From assembly GCA_902797145.1 (NCBI GenBank), contig CADBRR010000126.1:2485-66484 (forward strand): DNA of 64,000 nucleotides, written 5' to 3'. How positions within the stretch are numbered: position 1 is the first letter of the stretch; each line of letters starts with the position of its first letter. Under the pieces are notes generated by a model. The model saw only the letters and a program-made list of their open reading frames with translations, made no database searches and had not been told where the DNA came from. The position numbers were made by a program, and so were the translations under genes. Origin of the DNA: an uncultured Eubacteriales bacterium (GTDB lineage Bacteria > Bacillota > Clostridia > Christensenellales > CAG-138). This document shows, piece after piece, positions 26,979-35,991 of this stretch.

Positions 26979-27659
26979 TTAGCTGTTCGGAACAAAGCCT
27001 CTCATCCATCTTCCGAACGCATCGGGTTTTCTTGTCTGAATAAGTACGGTGCCCGGACCTCTAAATCTGCATACGAGCGCTTCGCCCGACATCAAAGATG
27101 ACATCCAGCCATTTGAAGCTCTTTCAATAGAGTACTGCATATAATCAGGCCATGCAACGAGATGACCGTTGTCGATTATAATTTCTTCACCCTCTTTAAG
27201 TGTTATAGGATGAATTGCGCCAAAGCTTGAGAGGAATACCGTACCTTTGCCATGAATGTTGAGTACAAAAAGACCTTCCCTTGAGAATAATCCCTGCATG
27301 AGGTTCTGCATAGCAGTATCAACTTCAATGCCCTGAGTTGCTGCAAGGAAACCGTCCTTCTGAACTCTGAGATTATACGAACCATCAAGTTCAACATCAA
27401 TTATTCCGCCAAGTGCGCTATGTCCCAACAAAACTTCACCTGAACCTCTTGACGCAGTTATTGTCTGGAAAAAGAATTTTTCGCCAGCAAGCAATTTTCT
27501 TGCCAAACCGCCAAGAATGTTTCTGTCAGCATTGCCCCTTATGTCGAGATTGCCTGACATAGTAATCATTGCATCTGATTCTGCCTTTACGCTTTCGCCC
27601 TGCTCAAGGTTGCACTTGATAACCGGAAACGCATTACCGTATAAAATCTCGTATTTCAT
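26979..27659 (-). CDS. AIM24-family (DUF124/TIGR00266-like) protein
   Basis: 226 aa. MKYEILYGNAFPVIKCNLEQGESVKAESDAMITMS and ...GEALVCRFRGPGTVLIQTR are typical AIM24 strings. Confidence 0.8.
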   Translation of the reverse strand: MKYEILYGNAFPVIKCNLEQGESVKAESDAMITMSGNLDIRGNADRNILGGLARKLLAGEKFFFQTITASRGSGEVLLGHSALGGIIDVELDGSYNLRVQKDGFLAATQGIEVDTAMQNLMQGLFSREGLFVLNIHGKGTVFLSSFGAIHPITLKEGEEIIIDNGHLVAWPDYMQYSIERASNGWMSSLMSGEALVCRFRGPGTVLIQTRKPDAFGRWMRGFVPNS

Positions 27660-27680
27660 AGTTATTCTCCTTTTATTTAA

Positions 27681-28259
27681 TTAAACATTTACTCCATAGT
27701 TGAGGCACAATGCTCTCAATCCGCCTGAGAAACCGCTTCCGATAGCATTGAACTTCCACTCGCCGTTGTAACGATAAAGCTCGCCAACAACAACTGCTGT
27801 TTCAATTGAAAACTCTTCGCCGAGGTCGAAACGGAGAACTTCGTTGCCTGTTGCTGCATCAAGAATATGGATGTAAGCATTTGAAACCTGACCGAAGTTC
27901 TGTCTGCGAACATCTGCATCATAGATAGTAACTGTGAAGTCAATCTTATCTACATTCTGCGGAACCTTGCTCAAATCTACTTTTATAACTTCATCATCGC
28001 CATCGCCTGCACCTGTGAGGTTGTCGCCTGTGTGTTCAACAGAACCCGACTTGTGCTTGAGATTGCCATAGAATACGAAGTCTTCATCACTCTGAACTTT
28101 ACCGTTTGCACCGAGCAAAAATGCTGCTGCATCAAGGTCAAAATCAGCGCCGCCGTCATATTTGTTAGTATCCCAGCCAAGACCTATAATAACCTTTTCA
28201 AGACCGGGATTTCCTTTTGTAAGGTCAACTTTCTGACCCTTTGTCAAACTAATTGCCAT
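27681..28259 (-). CDS. TerD-family stress protein (copy 1)
   Basis: 192 aa. [55 protein letters not shown]. Confidence 0.9.
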   Translation of the reverse strand: MAISLTKGQKVDLTKGNPGLEKVIIGLGWDTNKYDGGADFDLDAAAFLLGANGKVQSDEDFVFYGNLKHKSGSVEHTGDNLTGAGDGDDEVIKVDLSKVPQNVDKIDFTVTIYDADVRRQNFGQVSNAYIHILDAATGNEVLRFDLGEEFSIETAVVVGELYRYNGEWKFNAIGSGFSGGLRALCLNYGVNV

Positions 28260-28346
28260 TTTTGTTTCCTCCTATAATTTTATTCTTTATCACAAGCGTT
28301 CCCCTTAAATTCAGGGAAACGCTTTTTATCATCTTGTACCTTAATA

Positions 28347-30953
28347 TTACTTTTTAACTGCCTTTGTAATAGCTTTCCTTATCATATCTATCGGTATTAT
28401 GAGGAACGCAATGATTACGCATACGAGCCAATCATGTGCTGTAAGCGGTTCAACGCCGAGAACCTCGCCACCGAATGTTACGAATATAAACTGCAAAATG
28501 AGTATTGCGCCCATTACGAGCAAGAAGTTAGTATTTCTTCCAATATGCTCAAACGGATTTACGTGTTCTGTCCTTGCATTGAAGCCATTGAATGTTATTG
28601 CCATCATAAATGTTGCAAACAATGCACTTTTCAAATAAACCATATCTCCGGGCTTTGCAAACATTTCCATTAAAGGTTTAAGGAACAATATTGCAAGACA
28701 AGCTGCTGTGATATAAAGACCGCTTATAACAACCTCTGTGAACATCTTCTTTGTAACGATGCTCTCTGAACGAGGAACAGGCTTATCCTTCATAAATTCT
28801 TTAAGCGCAGGTTCGCTGCCGAATGCAATAGCTGCAAGCGTATCCATTGCAAGGTTGATGAGCAAAAGCTGAACTACTGTCAAAACCTCATTCTGTCCAA
28901 GCAACGGTCCAATAAAGCAAGTGAGAACTGCTGCAACGTTTACTGTAAGCTGGAATATCAAGAACTTTCTTATGCTCTTGAACATCGTTCTACCATAAAG
29001 TATAGCCTTTTCAATCGAGAGGAAGTTATCGTCAAGTATTGTTATGTCGCCAGCTTCCTTCGCAACTTCTGTACCGCTGCCCATAGCGAAACCAACGTCT
29101 GCTTTTTTAAGTGCCGGTGAGTCGTTTACGCCGTCGCCCGTCATACCAACAACGAGTTCAAGTTCCTGAGCGAGCCTTACAAGTCTGCTCTTATCTGTCG
29201 GCAATGCTCTTGAAACGACACGAAGGTGCGGTATAATTTCCTTAACTTCATCATCTGAAAGCTCTGCAAGCTCTGCGCTTGTAAGCGCAACATCGTCTTT
29301 GCTTGTGAGCAAGCCAGCTTCTTTTGCAATAGCAACTGCTGTTTCTTTTCTGTCACCTGTTACCATTACAACCTGAATGCCAGCGTTCTGAACTTCCTTA
29401 ATAGCATCAACTGCTTCTTTACGAACGTTGTCACGAATGCTAAGTACGCATACGAGTGTAAGTTCGCCTACATCTGAATCGCCGTCTGCCTTTGCAACAG
29501 CGAGCAATCTCATCGACCTGCCTGCCTGTGCATCCATATAGCTTGTTAGATAATTCTTTTCAATAAGCTTCTTTACTTCGCCCTTTTCATCAACATATGT
29601 TGTACATCTTTCGATGATTTTTTCAGGTGCGCCCTTTATATATGTAACCGACTTACCGTTCTTTGTAAGTGTTACTGATGAATATTTCTTGCTTGAATCA
29701 AATGCGTTGAAATTCCTTACATCTTCTTTTGTAATATTGTTTACTGCATCTGATGCAACGAGGAATGACATAAGCGCTCTATCCGTGCTGTTACCGCCGA
29801 TGATAGTTCCGTTTGAAGCAACTGCGCTGTTGTTAATGCCGATACCTGTGATTATATCCATTGTAAGTGATGCATCAACCTCGTTAAGCTTTGAGAAAGT
29901 CTTTACATTGCCTGTTGCAAGTTCAACAACTGAAAGCTTACCCTCTGTAATAGTACCTGTCTTATCGCTGAACAAAATGCTGAGTGAACCTGCTGTTTCA
30001 AGACCGTTAATCTTTCTAACAAGTACGTTGTCCTTTGCCATTCTAAGGCTCTGGAACGAAAGCAATATTGAAGTGAGCATCGGAAGTCCTTCAGGAACTG
30101 CGCAAACGATAATCGTAACTGCTACCGTTATAGCATCAAGAAGGAATGTTATCCATCTATAAATATCAGTTGGAATATCAGTACCTGTTATAAACGTCTT
30201 TGCAAGTATGCCAACTACAATTGCTATAGCACCGATATAACCGAATGTTGAAATCTGCTTTGCGAGCTTTGCAAGCTTAACCTGCAAAGGAGTTTCTCTT
30301 GTATCTTCCTGAACTTCGAGTGCGAGTTTGCCAAAGAGAGTGTTGTCGCCTACAACCTTAACTTTCATATAAGCATCGCCGCCGCATACAACTGTGCCAC
30401 GATAAGCATAGAATTTATTGAGCAAATCGTTTGTATCGTATTCATCGCCCTGTGAAATAGCAGTCTTTGTAGCTTCTTCCGTTTCGCCATTAAGAGTTGC
30501 CTGGTCAACCTTAACTTCGCCTTCAACAATTTCACCGTCTGCCGAAATCTTATCGCCAGCTTGGAGATAAACTATGTCGCCTACAACAACTTCGCTAACA
30601 TGAATTTCGCAAAGTTTTCCGTCACGAATAACCTTTGCAGTTTCTTTAGCTTCTTCCTCTGCTTTGAGTGCGCTCGCCTTGCCCTCCTGCTTGTTTTCGC
30701 TAACAGATGAAACACCGTTTGCAATCATAATAGCGATAAGTATACCGACCGGCTCGTACCAATCAGCTTTTCCAAGGAAGAACAATACTACCTGTACAAC
30801 AAGTGCTACAAGCAAAATCATAATCATAGGATCTTTAAATCCCTCTAAAATCTTTTTCCACAATGGGTCAGGTGGAAGCTGAGTAAGGTTATTAGAACCA
30901 TACTGTTTGCGACTTTCTTCTACCTCTTTTGAGGTGAGACCGTTGAATTTCAT
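28347..30953 (-). CDS. Calcium-translocating P-type ATPase (P2 subfamily)
   Basis: 868 aa. Phosphorylation site SDKTGTITEG, TGE-region, PEGLP, MVTGD, MTGDGVNDSPALKKADVGFAMG. ~10 TM segments. Confidence 0.88.
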   Translation of the reverse strand: MKFNGLTSKEVEESRKQYGSNNLTQLPPDPLWKKILEGFKDPMIMILLVALVVQVVLFFLGKADWYEPVGILIAIMIANGVSSVSENKQEGKASALKAEEEAKETAKVIRDGKLCEIHVSEVVVGDIVYLQAGDKISADGEIVEGEVKVDQATLNGETEEATKTAISQGDEYDTNDLLNKFYAYRGTVVCGGDAYMKVKVVGDNTLFGKLALEVQEDTRETPLQVKLAKLAKQISTFGYIGAIAIVVGILAKTFITGTDIPTDIYRWITFLLDAITVAVTIIVCAVPEGLPMLTSILLSFQSLRMAKDNVLVRKINGLETAGSLSILFSDKTGTITEGKLSVVELATGNVKTFSKLNEVDASLTMDIITGIGINNSAVASNGTIIGGNSTDRALMSFLVASDAVNNITKEDVRNFNAFDSSKKYSSVTLTKNGKSVTYIKGAPEKIIERCTTYVDEKGEVKKLIEKNYLTSYMDAQAGRSMRLLAVAKADGDSDVGELTLVCVLSIRDNVRKEAVDAIKEVQNAGIQVVMVTGDRKETAVAIAKEAGLLTSKDDVALTSAELAELSDDEVKEIIPHLRVVSRALPTDKSRLVRLAQELELVVGMTGDGVNDSPALKKADVGFAMGSGTEVAKEAGDITILDDNFLSIEKAILYGRTMFKSIRKFLIFQLTVNVAAVLTCFIGPLLGQNEVLTVVQLLLINLAMDTLAAIAFGSEPALKEFMKDKPVPRSESIVTKKMFTEVVISGLYITAACLAILFLKPLMEMFAKPGDMVYLKSALFATFMMAITFNGFNARTEHVNPFEHIGRNTNFLLVMGAILILQFIFVTFGGEVLGVEPLTAHDWLVCVIIAFLIIPIDMIRKAITKAVKK

Positions 30954-31048
30954 AGTTTTTCCCTCATTTACCTTTCATAAATATTAAAACTTTCGATATG
31001 ACATTTTATCCTCGGTGCGTTTTAAAAAGCATATCTGTATTTTTATTT

Positions 31049-31077
31049 ATTATAATACTTATTGCCATAAGTATCAA
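31049..31077 (-). promoter_or_regulatory. Putative sigmaA promoter of the ATPase-Ter operon with embedded palindrome
   Basis: Minus strand TTGATA (31077..31072) - 17 nt - TATAAT (31054..31049). The spacer holds ACTTAT-GGCA-ATAAGT (31057..31072). Confidence 0.5.
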
Positions 31078-31105
31078 TACTTTTGACAAATTTTTGTATT
31101 ACTCA

Positions 31106-32335
31106 TCACTGGTTTAGCGTTCTCATTACGTGTTCATAACATTCTTTAAGCAATGACTTATCATCATTTTCGGTACAAGGAATAACCTCATGTATTCCTG
31201 AAGCCTTGGAACAAAGAACAGGAGTAAATTCAAACTCACCTATCGTTATCGTCCCGTCAAGTTGCTCAGTTATGCTTATGCTTGCAAACAAACCATAATT
31301 TCTCGGACTTGGCGACATATTCGATATAAAGTTGCCCATAGAATATATAACAGGAACCGTTATTTCCTTTCCATCTCTATTTGCAGATATATATTCGCAA
31401 TCCTGAACTACGTGGGGGTGTGAACCTATTATTATATCCGCTCCGTATGAAATGTATTTTAACGCTTGTTCTTTCTGCGTTGAATTGTGCTTTTGTTCGT
31501 ATTCAACTCCCCAATGCGGAAACAATACTATGACCTGTGCGCCAGCTTGCCTGCAATCTGAAATAAGCTTCTTTACAGTATCATCGTCCATTCTTTTTAC
31601 TGCATATTTTTTCTGCTCTCCATCAAGCTCGTATTCTCTCCTGTTCACGCTCGTTGTAACAGCAACAATGCCGACCTTTATTCCGTTTACATCGCATATG
31701 AGCGGAGTGTTTTTCTCATCAACGCTCCTTGAAGTCCCTGTATGATAAATATTCGCCTCGTCAAGCACATCAAGTGTTCTAAAAACTCCGTCAGCGCCTC
31801 TATCAAGACAATGGTTATTCGCAGTCATCAGAACATCGAAACCAAGAAATGCAAGATTCTTTGCAAGCTCATCGGGCGCAGAGAACGTCTGAAACGGTCT
31901 TTTTCCTGTGTTCGGGTCAACTTCTTCAGGTCGTGGCTGCGTGTATGGCTTGTCAGGTCCTGCAAACGTGAGTTCAAGATTTCCGCACATCAAATCAACA
32001 CCCTTGAAATGCGATTCCATTGGAATAAAACTATCCTTAAAATCATAACCGTCTTTCGTTTTCGCATTGCTTATCTGGCTCGTCATCATCATAATATCGC
32101 CTACTGCGCCAATCGTTATTGTGTTTGGTGTCGGTTCAGGTGTCGGCGTAGGAGTAGGTTCGGGAGTAGGTGTTGGTGTGGGTGTTGGAGTAGGTGTCGG
32201 AGTAGGTTCAATAATATCAATCGTCTGTATAGGTTCAGCAGAGGGAGTAGTCGTTACAACAACCTCATTATGCTCGTATTTGCAACCGGTTATCAAAAAT
32301 AGAATAACAATCGGAATAATCAATATTTTTCTCAT
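31106..32335 (-). CDS. CapA-family (PGA_cap metallophosphatase-like) lipoprotein
   Basis: 409 aa. Lipobox LITGC, Pro-Thr linker, MTANNHCLDRG, GSHPHVVQ. Confidence 0.8.
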   Translation of the reverse strand: MRKILIIPIVILFLITGCKYEHNEVVVTTTPSAEPIQTIDIIEPTPTPTPTPTPTPTPEPTPTPTPEPTPNTITIGAVGDIMMMTSQISNAKTKDGYDFKDSFIPMESHFKGVDLMCGNLELTFAGPDKPYTQPRPEEVDPNTGKRPFQTFSAPDELAKNLAFLGFDVLMTANNHCLDRGADGVFRTLDVLDEANIYHTGTSRSVDEKNTPLICDVNGIKVGIVAVTTSVNRREYELDGEQKKYAVKRMDDDTVKKLISDCRQAGAQVIVLFPHWGVEYEQKHNSTQKEQALKYISYGADIIIGSHPHVVQDCEYISANRDGKEITVPVIYSMGNFISNMSPSPRNYGLFASISITEQLDGTITIGEFEFTPVLCSKASGIHEVIPCTENDDKSLLKECYEHVMRTLNQ

Positions 32336-32345
32336 ATAAACCTCA

Positions 32346-33098
32346 TCAATTCATAATAAATGAAAGCTTTTCTATATCCTCAACATCAATAAACATCACA
32401 TCTTTTTTATCGTTTGAAAGCTCCTCGTTTAAACGCTTTGACGCTCCATTTATTATATAATCGCAATTTTTAGGTACCGCAAGCGTAATATAAAAATCAG
32501 CGTTTTGGTATCCGTCTGTCAAAAATATTGCCCTGTCAACACGATGAACGTTATCGGGTGTTGCTTCGGGTGTTGCTTCGGGCGCAGAACTTTCCGTTTC
32601 ACTTATATCTTCGCTCTCTTGCGGAATTTGCGCAAACGAGCGTGAATACTCTATAAGCAAACTAACGCTCTCTCCGCTGTTTATTTCCTTGACGAGCGGA
32701 ACTGTAAGCTTTTCGCTAAGCTCATAATATGTCCTGATTCCGTTTACAGAAACTCCGTTAATCGTCATAAACTCCGGAACATCAAATTCGAGCGAATATA
32801 TCGTTTCATCGCTTGAATTTACATATGTTACACGCTCCATGCAATTTATAAAATCATATGAGTAATCAAGATATACGGAATATTCGTTTTTATTGACGAT
32901 ATTGTTTTTTTCATCGGTTGTTTGAGAAATTGTTTCAGTCGGAATTATTTCCGTCTCAATAGGCTGTTCAACTTCTTCTAAATCCTGATTATTTCCTAAA
33001 ATATTTGTGAATTTGATTAAGATAATAGCACCTATGATAAGCAGCAATGCTATCGCAATAATTAAATATAATAACTTGTTCTTCTTTTTCCTTTTCAT
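32346..33098 (-). CDS. Hypothetical membrane-anchored protein
   Basis: ORF 32346..33140, trimmed to MKRKKKNKLLYLIIAIALLLIIGAIILI behind AAGGAG. No family recognised. Confidence 0.5.
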   Translation of the reverse strand: MKRKKKNKLLYLIIAIALLLIIGAIILIKFTNILGNNQDLEEVEQPIETEIIPTETISQTTDEKNNIVNKNEYSVYLDYSYDFINCMERVTYVNSSDETIYSLEFDVPEFMTINGVSVNGIRTYYELSEKLTVPLVKEINSGESVSLLIEYSRSFAQIPQESEDISETESSAPEATPEATPDNVHRVDRAIFLTDGYQNADFYITLAVPKNCDYIINGASKRLNEELSNDKKDVMFIDVEDIEKLSFIMN

Positions 33099-33201
33099 AT
33101 GAACTCCTTGCCTGTCATTAAAAAATATTATAGCATACATTCAAAATATATGGTATACTAAGTTAGCAGATTTTTTTGTAAAACTTAATCGGGAGGGAAT
33201 T

Positions 33202-34377
33202 ATGATATTTGTAAGGGATAACGATGTAGCAGGTTCAACGCCTGTCGATAATATTTTTATAATTAAACATATGTTCTCTGCGCCCGAAGAGTATGTTAAG
33301 ATATATCTTTTTGCACTCATGCAGAGTTATAATACAGCGATTGATATGGATATGATGAGCAGCTTTTCACTCGATGAACAAACAGTCCTCGATGCATTCG
33401 CATATTGGCAGAAAATGGGGCTTGTGGAGATTATTTCAACAGAACCTATAAAGGTAGTGTTCAAATCACAAACGATGTTGCGTGAAAATAGCGTCATACC
33501 CGAAATTCTTATGGGCAAAAATGGAAAGATAGTAGAATATCTTGAAAAAAAGTTTCCTCTCGTTCAATTTTCTCGTTCTCAAATAGAAAAAGTCACCGAT
33601 TGGAAAGATGTTTTCGGGCTTGATGAGGACTGCATATTTTTGCTTATAGATTACTGCATAAAGTTAAAGGGCAAAAAAGTAACGATAAATTATATGGACG
33701 TTGTTGCAAAATCGTGGGCAGATAACGGAGTTTTAACACGTGAAAGCGCAGAAGATTATCTTAAAAATTATGAAGAGAGGATAAGCGGCGCAACACAGAT
33801 ATTGAAGCGTTTCAGGGTTTCAAGGCAGCCTACCGAAGATGAGCTTGCACTCTATGATAAGTGGACAAAACAATGGGGCTTTGATAACGAGGCTATTTTA
33901 ATGGCTTGCTCTGAAACAACAGGCGCATATAAACCATCGTTTGCATACTTGAACTCTATTCTTGAAACGTGCCGTTCAAACGGCGCATCAAGCTCTGAGG
34001 CGGTTCACGAATACCTCAAAAATCAGGATAGATTGTACGAGCTTGCAAGATTGATATTCGAGCGTGCTAATATAAAGCGTACACCTACAAAAACCGAGCG
34101 TGAGCAAATAAATATGTGGGTCAATTCATGGCATATGGACAGCGAAGTTTTATTGTACGCAGGCGAATGCGCAAATGGGCTTTCATCACCGTTTGCTCAG
34201 ATAAAAAAATTTGTTGAATATTGGCATAATATGGGTATTAGAACTTATTCGCTTGCAAAGAACGCAAAGCCCGAATTTAATATGACAAGCACGAAAAATA
34301 ACGGTTCGCAAACCGGCAGAACTTCAAAGAAAAAGTATACCGATGATGAACTGAGGGCATTCGGTATCGACGTTTAA
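33202..34377 (+). CDS. DnaD/DnaB_2-domain replication initiation/restart protein
   Basis: 391 aa. Two DnaB_2-like repeats (QIEKVTDWKDVFGLDEDCIFLLIDYC; ELALYDKWTKQWGFDNEAILMACSE). Followed by a helicase-loader-like gene. Confidence 0.65.
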   Translation: MIFVRDNDVAGSTPVDNIFIIKHMFSAPEEYVKIYLFALMQSYNTAIDMDMMSSFSLDEQTVLDAFAYWQKMGLVEIISTEPIKVVFKSQTMLRENSVIPEILMGKNGKIVEYLEKKFPLVQFSRSQIEKVTDWKDVFGLDEDCIFLLIDYCIKLKGKKVTINYMDVVAKSWADNGVLTRESAEDYLKNYEERISGATQILKRFRVSRQPTEDELALYDKWTKQWGFDNEAILMACSETTGAYKPSFAYLNSILETCRSNGASSSEAVHEYLKNQDRLYELARLIFERANIKRTPTKTEREQINMWVNSWHMDSEVLLYAGECANGLSSPFAQIKKFVEYWHNMGIRTYSLAKNAKPEFNMTSTKNNGSQTGRTSKKKYTDDELRAFGIDV

Positions 34378-34389
34378 TAAGGGGTAGTT

Positions 34390-35343
34390 ATGAGCATTGA
34401 AACAGAATTGAAAATTCTAAAAGAATATTCAAAAATAAGGCGAAAAAACGAGTTTGAGCTTGAAAAGCGTAAGGATGAGGTTTATAAAGCTGTTCCCGAA
34501 ATTCAGGCACTTGAAAATCAGAAAAAACAGGAGGCGTTTTCGCTCGGTATTAAGCTTTCAAAATGTAAAGACGATTTGCAGCGTGAACAGGAGCGTTCTT
34601 TGACAAGGCAGAAAATTTCAGCTATTACAAAGCAAATCTATTCTTTGCTCGAAAAAGCGGGATTTCCTCGTGATTATATGGATATGAAATATAATTGCAG
34701 CTCGTGCAAGGATACAGGCTTCCTCGATATTGCGCATAGCAAAAAATGTTCGTGCTTTGTAAATAAACTTTTAGAATACGAATACGATTCATCAAAAATT
34801 ATTCCCGAAGAATGTTTCGAAAATTTCAGGTTTGATGTTTATCGAAATGCAGAACAAAGAAAAGCTATGATTGATGTAAAATCATACTGCGAAGAGTACG
34901 CAAACAATTTCCCGAATACAAAAATAAACGATATTTTGTTGAGGGGCGATCCCGGACTTGGCAAAACGTTCCTTGAAAACTGTATCGCAAAGCGTGCTAT
35001 CGAACGTGGATTTTCTGTGCAAAAATATACTGCTTATAATATAATTGAAATTATTATGAAAAATATAAGGTCAGGTTTCGCTGTTCCGTCATTTACAGAA
35101 AGCGATTTGCTCATAATTGACGATTTAGGCTCCGAACCGCTTATAAATAATATTACAGTTGAATATATGTTCTCAATACTCAACGAACGTAGAACGGCAA
35201 AAAAACATACCGTTATCGCTACAAACTTGTCGTTTGATAATATTCAGGAAAGATACGATTTGCGTTTCTTCTCAAGATTGACATCATTAAACGAATGTAA
35301 GGTTATTACTTTAAAAGGCGATGATTTAAGGCTTTCAAGATAA
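34390..35343 (+). CDS. DnaI/DnaC-like helicase loader AAA+ ATPase
   Basis: 317 aa. N-terminal Cys cluster (CSSCKDTGF..KKCSC), Walker A GDPGLGKTFL, Walker B LLIIDDLG. Confidence 0.75.
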   Translation: MSIETELKILKEYSKIRRKNEFELEKRKDEVYKAVPEIQALENQKKQEAFSLGIKLSKCKDDLQREQERSLTRQKISAITKQIYSLLEKAGFPRDYMDMKYNCSSCKDTGFLDIAHSKKCSCFVNKLLEYEYDSSKIIPEECFENFRFDVYRNAEQRKAMIDVKSYCEEYANNFPNTKINDILLRGDPGLGKTFLENCIAKRAIERGFSVQKYTAYNIIEIIMKNIRSGFAVPSFTESDLLIIDDLGSEPLINNITVEYMFSILNERRTAKKHTVIATNLSFDNIQERYDLRFFSRLTSLNECKVITLKGDDLRLSR

Positions 35344-35381
35344 ATTTTTAGTCCCCGAAATCAAATTCAGGGACTTTTTTA

Positions 35382-35888
35382 TTAACCTATAACTATTGAC
35401 TTTACATATTCGTCAATCTTGCTTTCAAGCTTCTGAATATTCTTAGTTTCAATCGCAAACTGAACAAGATAGAAATCGCTTTCACCCTTGAACGCATATG
35501 CGTAATATTTGAAGTGGTTGCCGTCTATCTCCTTTTCATATTCAAAGTGCGATGAACCATTTGCCCCGCTGTGAACCGTTGCATCAACCTGATAAAGGCC
35601 TATTATAAGCTCCGCATAATCTGCTGTTGTGCTGTCCTCTTTAAGTAAATCGTATGAAACAAGGTCTTTAACGCTTTCCTTGTTTATTAGCACTATCATA
35701 TCCGATGCTTCGTAATATCCAAGATATGAAATATGTTCCTTTTCATAGAAATTTTCGTTGAGCGTAATTCTTATTCCGTCACGACCAAAATCCTTCGCCC
35801 TTGCACCCGAAACCATGTTGCAGCCTGTAAATAATGTTGCAATTACAAGAACAAGCGCAATTACTGTTAAACTCTGATTTTTTCTCAT
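35382..35888 (-). CDS. Hypothetical lipoprotein
   Basis: ORF 35382..35927, trimmed to MRKNQSLTVIALVLVIATLFTGC (lipobox). Confidence 0.55.
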   Translation of the reverse strand: MRKNQSLTVIALVLVIATLFTGCNMVSGARAKDFGRDGIRITLNENFYEKEHISYLGYYEASDMIVLINKESVKDLVSYDLLKEDSTTADYAELIIGLYQVDATVHSGANGSSHFEYEKEIDGNHFKYYAYAFKGESDFYLVQFAIETKNIQKLESKIDEYVKSIVIG

Positions 35889-35991
35889 ATTTTGCCCACA
35901 TTTCATTTTATAGATTTTATTATACATATAAAAATACTCTTGTCAATACTAATAACAAAATTCAATAAAGTGAGATTCAAGGAGGTTAAAT

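Noticed and set aside
32125-32215. Short-period DNA repeat (GGTGTNGG-type) that at first glance looks like a tandem-repeat or array. A similar tract lies at 61669..61707.
   Set aside because: It is in-frame coding sequence for Pro-Thr linkers (TPTPTPTPEPTP) of the CapA-family and hypothetical lipoproteins. There is no spacer/repeat organisation and no cas genes.
33202-35343. The DnaD-like + DnaI-like gene pair as a possible prophage or ICE remnant.
   Set aside because: No integrase, repressor, structural or att-like repeats flank it. Neighbours are ordinary chromosomal genes. The pair is consistent with the host primosome loading genes of Firmicutes.
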